A stretch of 24,000 nt of DNA from Thermoflexales bacterium (lineage in GTDB: Bacteria > Chloroflexota > Anaerolineae > J036 > Brachytrichaceae). The notes under the pieces are model-generated. The model was not told the origin of the DNA. It saw nothing but the letters and a program-made list of their open reading frames with translations, and made no database searches. Below are positions 15,949-23,966 of the stretch, piece after piece. Positions within the stretch are counted from its first letter, which is position 1. The number at the start of each line of letters is the position of its first letter. The stretch lies in the NCBI GenBank assembly GCA_034434575.1, contig DAOTYS010000169.1, positions 1 to 24,000 on the forward strand, read 5' to 3'. A program made the translations under genes and the position numbers.

Positions 15949-16818
15949 TTAACGCTCCAACTCCAGATTGAACACATGGCGCAAGGCGCGCGCCACCAGA
16001 CCATGCAAGGCAATCTCCTTGTATTCCGTTGACCAGCGCCGGCCCGTCACCGCGATCATGGCGCGGGCGGCCTCGGCGCCGGCTTCTTCAAACAGCTCGC
16101 GGCTCGGCGTGCAACCGATCAGCATCGTCTCGATCTGAGTCAGCCGGACCGCCCTTGGCGTCGCCGAACCGGGCGTCAGGCGGGCAAAATCGATGCGTCC
16201 TTCGGGGGAGACGCGCCCGGCCGCCGCGACGTTCAAACGCGCGATGGCCTGGGCATTGCGCCGGCCCAGCTTGAGGAACACCGAGCGCGCGCCAACCGGC
16301 AAGGCTGGGAAGGTGAAATGCGTAATCAACTCGCCGGGCTTCAGCGCGTTCTGGTGCGGGCCGGTCACCACTTCGCTGACCAGCAGGTCGCGCCGGCCTT
16401 CACGACTGACCAGATGCGCCACGGCGTCCAGGCACACCAGCGGCGGAATGCCATCGGCGCAGGCGGCGGCATTGGCCACGTTGCCGCCCAGCGTGCCGGC
16501 GTTGGCGATCGCCGGCCCGCCCACCAGTTGCGCCGCTTCGACCAGGCAGGTCGCCGTCTCGCGCAGCAGTTCACTGTCGATGATCTCGGTGTATGTCACG
16601 GCGGCGCCAATGTGAATCTCATCGCCGCGCCGCTCGATGGTTCGCATCTCCGGCACACGGCTGACATCCACCAGCCGTTGAAAGGCGGGCGGGCCGTGCC
16701 GCGTTTGCACCAACAGGTCAGTGCCGCCGGCCAGAGGCCGGCTGACGCAATGCGGGTCGCTCAAAAGCGCCACTGCTTCGTCTATGGATACAGCTCGCGC
16801 GTAGTCAAACTTGGGCAT
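15949..16818 (-). CDS. FAD-binding medium subunit of the XDH-family enzyme (CoxM/XdhB-like)
   Basis: 289 aa. PLAGGTDLLV and AGTLGGNVANA FAD-binding motifs. Its stop lies 3 nt from the small-subunit start, giving M-S-L gene order. Confidence 0.9.
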   Translation of the reverse strand: MPKFDYARAVSIDEAVALLSDPHCVSRPLAGGTDLLVQTRHGPPAFQRLVDVSRVPEMRTIERRGDEIHIGAAVTYTEIIDSELLRETATCLVEAAQLVGGPAIANAGTLGGNVANAAACADGIPPLVCLDAVAHLVSREGRRDLLVSEVVTGPHQNALKPGELITHFTFPALPVGARSVFLKLGRRNAQAIARLNVAAAGRVSPEGRIDFARLTPGSATPRAVRLTQIETMLIGCTPSRELFEEAGAEAARAMIAVTGRRWSTEYKEIALHGLVARALRHVFNLELER

Positions 16819-17004
16819 ACTATCCTTTTCCTGGGAGACTGGATTAGATCACGGTGCGCGGCATGGCGCAATGGCCCGAAATACCTCTGCGCGGCGCGCC
16901 TGCGCCTGAGGAGGCCGGCGCTTATTTTACCCTGTCGCGACGCCGGATTTGCAGTACACTTGCCTTATTTACAGACAAAGCCTGGATGGGAGAACGGATG
17001 CGTC

Positions 17005-17247
17005 ATGCCCCTTTTCGAGTTTGAATGCGTCAAGTGCGGCCAGCGATTCGAGAAACTGGTGCGTTCCGGCAACACCGTGGTGACCGTCGAATGCCCTGCC
17101 TGTCACAGTCATCGCGCGCGCAAGAAAATTTCGTCCTTTGCCCACAACAAGGCCGGCGCGTCCTCTGCCGAAAGCGCAGCCGCGTCCAGCGGCAAATCGT
17201 GCAGTTGCAGCGGCGGCTGCGGCGGGTGTAAAGGGTGCAGCCACTAA
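17005..17247 (+). CDS. FmdB family zinc-ribbon protein (CxxC...CxxC) with a Ser/Gly/Cys-rich tail
   Basis: 80 aa: MPLFEFECVKCGQRFEKLV...VECPACHSHRARKKISSF...SCSCSGGCGGCKGCSH. GGGAGA Shine-Dalgarno upstream of the ATG at 17005. It is only the last 80 codons of the track's 309-aa ORF 16318..17247. Confidence 0.8.
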   Translation: MPLFEFECVKCGQRFEKLVRSGNTVVTVECPACHSHRARKKISSFAHNKAGASSAESAAASSGKSCSCSGGCGGCKGCSH

Positions 17248-17263
17248 TCTCGTCGCCTCAATC

Positions 17264-19330
17264 ATGAAACCCATCACTGAAGAGAGCCTCTACGATCTCG
17301 TCACTGTGGAGGATGTCCGCTTGTCGCCGGATGGCGGCCGGGTCGCCTTTGTGCGTCAAAGTGTCGATCGCGCCGGCAACAAATACATCCGCAATATCTG
17401 GATGAAGGACATTGGATCGGACGCGCCGGCCCGGCCCTTCACCAGCGGCGGCAAAGACGCCTCGCCGCGCTGGACGGCGGATGGCGCCCGGCTGGGCTTT
17501 ATCTCGGGCCGCGATGGCGAACCCAAACTGTACGCCATGCCGGTCGCCGGCGGCGAGGCGCATGTCATCGCCTCGCACGTCAATGGCATCCGCGCGTTTG
17601 AGTGGTCGCCCGATGGCAGCCGGGTTGTGTTTGTGGCGCTGGCGCGCGCCGACGAGCGCGCCAAAGAAGACGAGAAGGCGGCGCAGGCCGAGTCGGACGA
17701 CCAGCCGGCCAAAGACGCCTGGGAAGTCAAGCGCGAGAAAGAGCAGCGCGAGCACGAAGACGAGCAACGCTTCGATCCGCATGTGCTGCGCTATTACCCC
17801 TACCGCACCGGCACAGAGTACATGCGCGACCGCTGGACGCACCTGTACGTGACCGAGGTCCCGCCCGCGTTCGGCGAGGAGTTCAAAGCCAAACCCCGCC
17901 GGCTCACGGACGGCGACCTGAACTTTGGCGATCCGGTCTGGTCGGCAGACGGCCAGGCTGTGTACAGCGCCGTCACCCGCGAACCGGAGAGCGGCGTGCT
18001 GGACTTCTACACCGACATCATTCGTCTGGCGGTGGCGCAGCCGGCTGACGGCGCGCCGAGGACCTTTGAGCGACTGACCGGCGCCGGCCACACGGCGTTT
18101 TCGCCCGATGTGTCGCCGGATGGGCGATGGCTGGCCTTTGCGCGCGTGAATGAAGATCGGTCGTTGTATCGCAACACCACGCTGGCGCTGATGCCGGCCG
18201 CTGGCGGCGAGGTCATCGATCTGACCGCCTCGCTCGATCGCAGTGTGGGCGCCTGGCGCTGGAGCCGGGACAGCGCCTGGCTGTATTTCGTTCTCATCGG
18301 CGATGGCGCCGGCAATCTGTATCGGGCGCATGTTCCCGATGGCCGGATCGAGCAACTGACCGACGCCGCGCAGGAGATCACTGCTTTCGATGTGGGGCCG
18401 GATGGCCGGCTGGCCTTTGCGGCCAGCACACCCGGCGATCCCTCGGCGCTGTATCTGCGCGAGCCGGACGGCGCCATCCGTCTGCTCTACCAACCGAATG
18501 CGAAATTCCTGGCCGAGCACGAAGTGCGCCCGGCTGAAGAAGTCCGCTATGAGTCCGAAGGGTATGAGATTCAGGGCTGGGTGATTACGCCGCCCGGATT
18601 CGATCCTTCGCAACGCTATCCGCTGGCGGTCGAAATTCACGGCGGGCCGGCGGCAATGTGGTCGGCCGGCACGCGCAGCATGTGGCACGAGTGGCAACTG
18701 CTGGCCCAGCGCGGTTACGTGGTGTTCTTTTGCAACCCGCGCGGCGCCGACGGCTATGGCGAGGCATTTCTGTCGGGCAACCACCGTGATTGGGGCGATG
18801 GGCCGATGCGCGACATCTTGAAGGGCGTCGATGCGCTGCTTGCGCGCGGCTTCATTGATCCGCAGCGCCTGGCCGTCACCGGCGGCAGCTATGGTGGATA
18901 CATGACGGCCTGGATCATCGGCCACGACAATCGATTTGCCGCCGCCGTCGCACAGCGCGGCGTGTACAACCTGATCTCGATGCGCGGCACGTGCGACATC
19001 GCCTTCTTCACCGACTGGCATTTTGATGTGACGCCGTTCGACGACGTGGAATTCCTGTGGCGCCAGTCGCCGCTGGCCTACGCGCCGCAGATGCAGACGC
19101 CATTGTTGCTCGAGCACAGCGAGCTTGATTTCCGCGTGCCCATCGAGCAGGCCGAGCAGTTGTTCCAGGCGCTGAAGTATCTGAAGAAGCCGGTCGAGTT
19201 GGTGCGCTGGCCGCGCGAGGGGCATGAGCTGTCGCGCAGCGGCGAGCCGAAACATCGCGTCGAGCGGCTGCGGCGCATCGTGGATTGGTTCGAGCGGTAT
19301 GCCGGCGCAACGCGCGATCCTCAAGCGTAG
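17264..19330 (+). CDS. S9 family serine peptidase (prolyl oligopeptidase / acylaminoacyl-peptidase type) with an N-terminal beta-propeller
   Basis: 688 aa from the ATG at 17264 (MKPITEESLYDL...). Nucleophile motif GGSYGGYM, with later ELDFRVP (Asp) and PREGHEL (His). The track's start at 17138 overlaps the FmdB gene and is unlikely. Confidence 0.9.
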   Translation: MKPITEESLYDLVTVEDVRLSPDGGRVAFVRQSVDRAGNKYIRNIWMKDIGSDAPARPFTSGGKDASPRWTADGARLGFISGRDGEPKLYAMPVAGGEAHVIASHVNGIRAFEWSPDGSRVVFVALARADERAKEDEKAAQAESDDQPAKDAWEVKREKEQREHEDEQRFDPHVLRYYPYRTGTEYMRDRWTHLYVTEVPPAFGEEFKAKPRRLTDGDLNFGDPVWSADGQAVYSAVTREPESGVLDFYTDIIRLAVAQPADGAPRTFERLTGAGHTAFSPDVSPDGRWLAFARVNEDRSLYRNTTLALMPAAGGEVIDLTASLDRSVGAWRWSRDSAWLYFVLIGDGAGNLYRAHVPDGRIEQLTDAAQEITAFDVGPDGRLAFAASTPGDPSALYLREPDGAIRLLYQPNAKFLAEHEVRPAEEVRYESEGYEIQGWVITPPGFDPSQRYPLAVEIHGGPAAMWSAGTRSMWHEWQLLAQRGYVVFFCNPRGADGYGEAFLSGNHRDWGDGPMRDILKGVDALLARGFIDPQRLAVTGGSYGGYMTAWIIGHDNRFAAAVAQRGVYNLISMRGTCDIAFFTDWHFDVTPFDDVEFLWRQSPLAYAPQMQTPLLLEHSELDFRVPIEQAEQLFQALKYLKKPVELVRWPREGHELSRSGEPKHRVERLRRIVDWFERYAGATRDPQA

Positions 19331-19354
19331 AGCGCGCAATACGCTATCCGCAAA

Positions 19355-19975
19355 ATGCAGGCCAGCTTGATTGCCTTCAGGGTTCGCTTCAAGGCGATGC
19401 GCGAGTGGGTCTGGCGTGCGCTGGTCTCCGGGCTGGTCTTCATCTTCTTTCATGACCCGGAAGCAGCCTCGCGCAACAAGCTCTACGCGATCGCCCGGCG
19501 CAACAAATACGAAGTCAAGCGCTTCGTCAAATTCGCCATTGTGGGCGCGTCGGGGTTGGTGGTGGACTATGCCATGCTCAACCTGCTGGTGTACGGCTTT
19601 GGCGTGCAGTCCGCAGTGGCGATCGCGGTTGCGTTCGTGCTGGCCGCCACGAACAACTTCGTCTGGAACATCCTGTGGGTGTACCCGGAATCGCGCGCGT
19701 CCTTCTGGCGGCACTTCCCCACGTTTCTCATCGTCAACGCAGTCGGCCTGGGCATCAACGAGCTGATCCTTTTTCTGTTCGAGCGGCCCATCGAAGCGCT
19801 GTTCAACAGCCACGTGATCGGGCTGAACGTGACCAAAGCCATCGCCGCCGTGATCGTGATGATCTGGAACTTCGTTGTCAACCGCTTTGTCACTTTTCGG
19901 CATGTGAGGTGGTCGCGCGCAGACAGCGCGACCGGCGCAGGCGACTCTGAAAATCAGGTCGAAAGCGCGCTGTGA
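19355..19975 (+). CDS. GtrA-like family membrane protein
   Basis: 206 aa. The GtrA core runs from KRFVKFAIVGASGLVVDYAMLNLLV to WNFVVNRFVTFR with 4 predicted TM helices. There is a ~50-aa N-terminal extension, so the start is uncertain (alternative Met at 19397). Confidence 0.8.
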   Translation: MQASLIAFRVRFKAMREWVWRALVSGLVFIFFHDPEAASRNKLYAIARRNKYEVKRFVKFAIVGASGLVVDYAMLNLLVYGFGVQSAVAIAVAFVLAATNNFVWNILWVYPESRASFWRHFPTFLIVNAVGLGINELILFLFERPIEALFNSHVIGLNVTKAIAAVIVMIWNFVVNRFVTFRHVRWSRADSATGAGDSENQVESAL

Positions 19976-19979
19976 GAAA

Positions 19980-20005
19980 GCGCGCGGTGAATTGTCGCCG
20001 CGCGC
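19980..20005. terminator. GC hairpin between convergent GtrA and COG0523 genes
   Basis: GCGCGCGG - 10-nt loop - CCGCGCGC. On the minus strand it is followed by TTTCTC, so it is more convincing as the terminator of the COG0523 operon. Confidence 0.4.
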
Positions 20006-20041
20006 CCTGGATACTGGGTTGTGGCAGGCCGAACCGAAAGG

Positions 20042-21262
20042 TCACCACTCTGGGAATGGGTCTGGCAGGCGGCGCCACCGTTCCGGCCCGGCGGCCATTT
20101 CCTCATCGGTGAGCAGAGAACTTTCGAGCGCCTCGCAGATCACGTCCTGCTTCATGTCCGCGCCGATGAACACGATCTCCTGGCGCCGGTCTCCATAAGG
20201 CTGTTGCCATTCCGAGAGGATGTAACTCTGCAACTCCGGCGAATCGGGCCATTGTTCGCGCGGCACAGCCGCCCACCAGCGCCCGGCCCGTTCGATGCGC
20301 AGCAACCCGCCGGCCTGCGACCACAGGCCGGCGATGTCCATGCGCGAGGCCAGCCAGAAAAACCCTTTGGAGCGCAGCACGTTGTCCCACCGGCTGTTGA
20401 CCAGCTCGTACAGCCGCGCCGGGTGAAAAGGCCGCCGGGCGTGATACACAAAACTGCTGATGCCGTATTCTTCCGTTTCGGGAATGTGTTCTCCGCGCAA
20501 CTCCTTCAGCCAGCCCGGCGCCTGAGCCGCTTTCTCCAGACTGAACAGCCCCGTGTTCAGCACTTCGTTCAGAGGAACTTTGCCGTACACCGCTTCGATG
20601 ATGCGCGCCTCGGGGTTCAGGTGGCGCAGAATCGCCTTCAGACGCTCCATCTCCGCGCGCGGGATCAGGTCAGCTTTGTTGACCACAATCACATCGGCAA
20701 ATTCGATCTGATCGATCAGCAGATCGGCGATCGTGCGCTCATCCTCTTCGCCAACTGCCAGATTGTGCTCTTTCAAATCCTGCGCTTCCGCATAGTCCTT
20801 CTGGAAGTTGAAGGCGTCCACGACGGTCACCATGGTGTCCAGCCGGGCGATGTCGGACAGGGAAAACGTTCGCCCGTCGTTATCCGGCACATCGAACGTG
20901 AACGTCTCCGCAACGGGCAGGGGCTCTGAGACGCCGGTGGATTCGATGAGCAGATAATCAAAGCGTCCCGCTTTGGCCAGACGCGACACCTCCACCAGCA
21001 AATCCTCGCGCAGTGTGCAGCAGATGCAGCCGTTGCTCATCTCCACCAATCGCTCGTCTGTGCGGCTGAGCTGCGCGCCGCCGTCGCGCACGAGGGCGGC
21101 GTCGATGTTCACTTCGCTCATGTCGTTGACGATCACAGCCACCTTCAACCCCTGCCGGTTGTTCAACACATGGTTGAGCAGCGTGGTCTTGCCGGCGCCC
21201 AGGAATCCCGACAGCACTGTCACCGGCAGCCTTTTGTCAGATGTTACAGCATGTGATCCCAT
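20042..21262 (-). CDS. COG0523 (CobW/ZigA/YeiR-like) G3E-family GTPase metallochaperone, long form
   Basis: 406 aa. Walker [13 protein letters not shown], metal-binding GCICCT, ESTG, NKADL and a CobW C-terminal domain. AAGGAG Shine-Dalgarno 8 nt upstream. Confidence 0.9.
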   Translation of the reverse strand: MGSHAVTSDKRLPVTVLSGFLGAGKTTLLNHVLNNRQGLKVAVIVNDMSEVNIDAALVRDGGAQLSRTDERLVEMSNGCICCTLREDLLVEVSRLAKAGRFDYLLIESTGVSEPLPVAETFTFDVPDNDGRTFSLSDIARLDTMVTVVDAFNFQKDYAEAQDLKEHNLAVGEEDERTIADLLIDQIEFADVIVVNKADLIPRAEMERLKAILRHLNPEARIIEAVYGKVPLNEVLNTGLFSLEKAAQAPGWLKELRGEHIPETEEYGISSFVYHARRPFHPARLYELVNSRWDNVLRSKGFFWLASRMDIAGLWSQAGGLLRIERAGRWWAAVPREQWPDSPELQSYILSEWQQPYGDRRQEIVFIGADMKQDVICEALESSLLTDEEMAAGPERWRRLPDPFPEW

Positions 21263-21297
21263 CCCAGCACTCCTTCTGTCCTCTGCACGCCACCTGT

Positions 21298-21374
21298 CTG
21301 GTCTCTGTTCTCTGTTCTCTGTTCTCTGGCCTCTGTCCTCTGTTGTCTGTCGTCTGTCGTCTGTTGTCTGTTGT
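21298..21374 (-). repeat. 11 tandem heptanucleotide repeats in the intercistronic gap between the two COG0523 genes
   Basis: Plus strand: CTGGTCT CTGTTCT x3 CTGGCCT CTGTCCT CTGTTGT CTGTCGT x2 CTGTTGT x2. Transcribed strand: (A[CG][AG][AC]CAG) x11. The 77 nt of mRNA contain no U. A period of 7 is incompatible with coding. Confidence 0.9.
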
Positions 21375-21380
21375 CAGTGT

Positions 21381-22457
21381 TTACGCCCTCTCTCCGCGAA
21401 TCCAGCTTTGCATCAGTTGCAAAGCGTCGGGGTGTTGCGCCAGCACACGGCTGGCGCGACAGCTATCGAACAATGCGCGCAATAGCGCTCCGTCCACGCC
21501 GCCGTGCGCGCCAATGAAAACCATCTGCGAGCGCGGCCGGCTTTTGCCCCACGGCTTCTCCAGCAGCACGGTCACACGGCTGCCCGCCAGGTGAACCACC
21601 GCCCGCCTTTCCGGCGCTTCCGACAACCACACAATGCCTTTGGCGCGATAGATCGTTTCCGGCAGATCGTCAAACGCCGCGCACAACGCTTCGTACATCA
21701 GCGGTTCGTCGCTGGCATAGTGATAACTGCTGAAGACCAGGGTGTGATCGTGGTTGTGGTCGTGGTCGTGGTCATGCGCAAAGCCCACTTCGTGAACGTG
21801 CGCTTCGCGCCGCGCCCGGCTGCGCTCCAGCGCGGCCAGTTTGTTCGGCGCGTAGTTCCCTACGCCGAGGATGAATTCCAGCGGCGCCCGGCCAAAAGAC
21901 ACATCCAGAATGCGGGCCGCCGGCGCAATCTGGCGCGCCCAGTCGTGAACGGCCTGTCGTTGCGCATCGGTCACCAGATCAACTTTGTTGACCACAATCA
22001 GATCGGCCGCGCTCACTTGCTGGACGGCCAGTTCCATCTGGTCGCCGTTGAGAGACAGAACCTGCTCGGCGTCGACGACCACCAGGATGGCGTCCAGCTC
22101 AAAGAAGTGGGCCAGTTGCGGCAGCATGAATGTCTGGGCGACCGCGATCGGGTCTGAGACGCCGCTGGTTTCGATGATGATGTGCTGTGGCGCGGGCTGG
22201 CGGTTGATCAGCCGCGCCACAGCCGCCAGCAAATCGCCGCGAATGGAACAACAAATGCACCCGTTCTCCAGGCTGATGATGTCTTCCTCTTCCCGCGCCT
22301 CGGCCACCAGTTGCGCGTCAACATTGATGGCGCCAAAGTCGTTCACCAGAACGGCGATGCGCAGTCCGTGGTCGGCGCGCAGGATGTGGTTGAGCAGCGT
22401 GGTCTTGCCGGCGCCCAGAAAGCCGGAGATGACGGTTACCGATAGTTTCCTGCTCAT
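21381..22457 (-). CDS. COG0523 G3E-family GTPase metallochaperone with a His-rich insert
   Basis: 358 aa. [27 protein letters not shown] and the His-rich stretch HVHEVGFAHDHDHDHNHDH, encoded by hexamer repeats GTGRTY at 21744-21773. GGAGG Shine-Dalgarno 10 nt upstream. Confidence 0.9.
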   Translation of the reverse strand: MSRKLSVTVISGFLGAGKTTLLNHILRADHGLRIAVLVNDFGAINVDAQLVAEAREEEDIISLENGCICCSIRGDLLAAVARLINRQPAPQHIIIETSGVSDPIAVAQTFMLPQLAHFFELDAILVVVDAEQVLSLNGDQMELAVQQVSAADLIVVNKVDLVTDAQRQAVHDWARQIAPAARILDVSFGRAPLEFILGVGNYAPNKLAALERSRARREAHVHEVGFAHDHDHDHNHDHTLVFSSYHYASDEPLMYEALCAAFDDLPETIYRAKGIVWLSEAPERRAVVHLAGSRVTVLLEKPWGKSRPRSQMVFIGAHGGVDGALLRALFDSCRASRVLAQHPDALQLMQSWIRGERA

Positions 22458-22488
22458 GCCGCACTGGCCTCCACAGTCGCTTTGTTAC

Positions 22489-22503
22489 TGAGAAATTTTC
22501 TCA
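22489..22503. promoter_or_regulatory. Perfect 7-1-7 AT-rich palindrome, candidate Fur-family (Zur-like) operator
   Basis: TGAGAAA-T-TTTCTCA, 32-46 nt upstream of the first COG0523 start codon. It lies in an otherwise GC-rich genome and directly after the upstream terminator. Confidence 0.45.
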
Positions 22504-22514
22504 ATAAAGATCGC

Positions 22515-22544
22515 AAAGAAAAGCGCGCGCAACAACGCGCGCGG
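22515..22544 (-). terminator. Rho-independent terminator after the SAM-methyltransferase gene
   Basis: Minus strand reads CGCGCGC-GTTGTT-GCGCGCG followed by C and TTTTCTTT, 44 nt after the stop at 22588. Confidence 0.65.
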
Positions 22545-22587
22545 CGGGCATCATATCACGCCGCGCGCAGGCCGACCGTCCGGGGCG

Positions 22588-23514
22588 TCAGGCGCCCTGG
22601 GCGCGCCCTTCCACATCGCTCACCGCCCACCATAGCTTCATGCTGTTGTGCTGAGCGCGGATGATGTATTTGCCGTCTTCGCGCTGGCAGCGCTCGCTCA
22701 GATAGCCGGCCAGCAGGCGGCGCTGCTCTGCGGTGGACACGTCATATCGCTCGGCGTAATCGTCCAGCATCGCCTCGAACGACTCGAATGTCTGTTGGCG
22801 AGGCGTGCGCAGCGTCGTCACATGCGGATAGACGCCCATCTGACACAGCACCTGGAACAGCAGGTCGCTCTTTGGGATGGGGTAATGCTCCTTGCCGTGC
22901 AACAGCGGCCACAACACCCGCGCTTCCGCATCCCAGGGCTGATCGCCGATGTGCCAGTAAATCACAATCGTTCCCGATGTCACGGCCATCATCCTGCGGA
23001 TGCTCTCGCGCAAATCCAGCATGCCCATCGAATACGAGGCGATCGTCACATCGTAGGGCGGTTGAAGGTCGCGCGCGATGTCGATGTCGTCCCACGTTTT
23101 GTGGACGATGTGGATGTTTTCAATGCCGCGTTCGGCGATGTGATCGCGCAGCACTTCGACCATGCCTGCCGCCGGCTCGACCGCCGTAATGTGGCGCACG
23201 CGCGCGGCCAGCGGGATGGCCAGTGTGCCCGGCCCGGCGCCGATGTCCAGCAGCCGGCTTTCGGCGCTGCAAAAGGACAGCGTGTCATTCAGGCGCTCCT
23301 GCGTGCGCGGGTTGTCCTGAACATTTTGCCAGTACTTCAGCGCCGCGCGTTTGCTTTGCCAGGCGGATGGGCAGCCGCCTCCGCGACCGGCGTCGCGGCT
23401 GCGCTGCTGGCGCGCCATCCATATCTGGTTCCAGTCGATGTCGTCAAATGTGTTCAGGGGAGTTGGATTGGTCATGGCTTGTGTCATGTGGCGCTGTGCC
23501 GGACAGCCTGTCAA
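22588..23514 (-). CDS. Class I SAM-dependent methyltransferase
   Basis: About 300 aa. Motif I LLDIGAGPGTLA, post-I acidic ITAVEP, then IASYSMG. The track's start at 23514 is a TTG overlapping the upstream stop (TTGA). Alternative ATG starts at 23487 or 23475. Confidence 0.8.
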   Translation of the reverse strand: MTGCPAQRHMTQAMTNPTPLNTFDDIDWNQIWMARQQRSRDAGRGGGCPSAWQSKRAALKYWQNVQDNPRTQERLNDTLSFCSAESRLLDIGAGPGTLAIPLAARVRHITAVEPAAGMVEVLRDHIAERGIENIHIVHKTWDDIDIARDLQPPYDVTIASYSMGMLDLRESIRRMMAVTSGTIVIYWHIGDQPWDAEARVLWPLLHGKEHYPIPKSDLLFQVLCQMGVYPHVTTLRTPRQQTFESFEAMLDDYAERYDVSTAEQRRLLAGYLSERCQREDGKYIIRAQHNSMKLWWAVSDVEGRAQGA

Positions 23515-23966
23515 TTCTCCCGCGCCTGCTGGAGCAGCGCGGCCCAGGCCTGCGCCGGGCGAGCGCCGTAGATCAGGCGTCCTTGAATGATGGTGGCCGG
23601 CGTCTGGCTGAAGCCGAGCGGATTCCGGTTCTCGAAGGCGGCTTGCAGTTTGCGCGTCTCGGCATGGATGCAGCGCGTGTTGTACTCGCCAATCGCCGAT
23701 TTGGAAATGCGCTGCATTTCCACGTTGTTGTCATAGCGGTCGGGCAGATCAATCGCAAGGCGCAGAAACTCCAGATAGGCGTCCGGGTTTTTCAGCGCCA
23801 CGCAGCGACCGACGCCGGCGAACAGGAACGACTTGCCGGTTTGCGACAGCGGATAGTCGTAGATGCGCACACGGGCGTCGGGCGCGGCTATCAGCGCCGG
23901 CGCGCTCTCGCGCAGGTAGTCCAGGCAGGCCGGCTCGCGGCAATAGACTTCGAGGTAGATGCGCAC
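23511..23966 (-). CDS. DsbA-like thioredoxin-fold protein with a degenerate active site (possibly 5'-partial)
   Basis: C-terminal GFSQTPATIIQGRLIYGARPAQAWAALL fits the cis-Pro/beta-strand/helix end of DsbA-family proteins. N-terminal IYLEVYCREPACLDYL sits where CPxC normally is, but reads C-x4-C. The listed start is a GTG, and the frame stays open to position 24000, so the gene may begin outside the window. Confidence 0.45.
   Translation of the reverse strand: MRIYLEVYCREPACLDYLRESAPALIAAPDARVRIYDYPLSQTGKSFLFAGVGRCVALKNPDAYLEFLRLAIDLPDRYDNNVEMQRISKSAIGEYNTRCIHAETRKLQAAFENRNPLGFSQTPATIIQGRLIYGARPAQAWAALLQQAREN

Noticed and set aside
13121-16818. Whether the three-subunit molybdoenzyme is an aerobic CO dehydrogenase (CoxMSL), given its M-S-L gene order
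   Set aside because: The large subunit has GAFRGFG at the position where, as I recall, form I CoxL has the AYRCSFR active-site loop (AYRGAGR in form II). No coxDEFG-type accessory genes are adjacent. I call it a generic XDH/aldehyde oxidoreductase family enzyme with unknown substrate.
17138-17263. 42-aa N-terminal extension of the S9 peptidase, and the 229 codons preceding the FmdB core in ORF 16318..17247
   Set aside because: The extensions overlap neighbouring real genes or the divergent promoter region and look like shadow sequence. The internal starts (17264 and 17005) give family-typical N-termini, and 17005 has a GGGAGA Shine-Dalgarno.
17005-19330. The Cys/Gly-rich small protein followed by a prolyl-oligopeptidase-type S9 peptidase, considered as a RiPP precursor plus maturation protease pair
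   Set aside because: The small protein has the complete FmdB-type CxxC...CxxC zinc ribbon. As far as I recall, Ser/Gly/Cys-rich tails are common in that family. No cyclase, dehydratase, radical-SAM or transporter genes accompany it. Adjacency alone is insufficient.
17258-19903. 881-aa minus-strand ORF spanning the whole S9 peptidase gene, the intergenic gap and most of the GtrA gene
   Set aside because: It is antisense to two well-supported genes with clear family motifs. Its composition is the Arg/Ala/Gly/His-rich pattern typical of shadow frames in high-GC DNA. It has no recognisable motif and it runs straight through a real intergenic region.
21298-21374. Reading the heptamer array as a CRISPR array, or as a coding repeat (plus-strand ORFs 20973..21485 and 21241..21594 read through it)
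   Set aside because: The units are contiguous 7-mers without spacers, far too short for CRISPR repeats. A period of 7 cycles through all three frames. The plus-strand ORFs are antisense shadows overlapping the ends of two real genes.
21744-21773. Hexanucleotide repeat (GTGATC GTGGTT GTGGTC x3) as a noncoding microsatellite
   Set aside because: It is in frame within the COG0523 gene and simply encodes the DHDHDHNHDH metal-binding stretch typical of this family.
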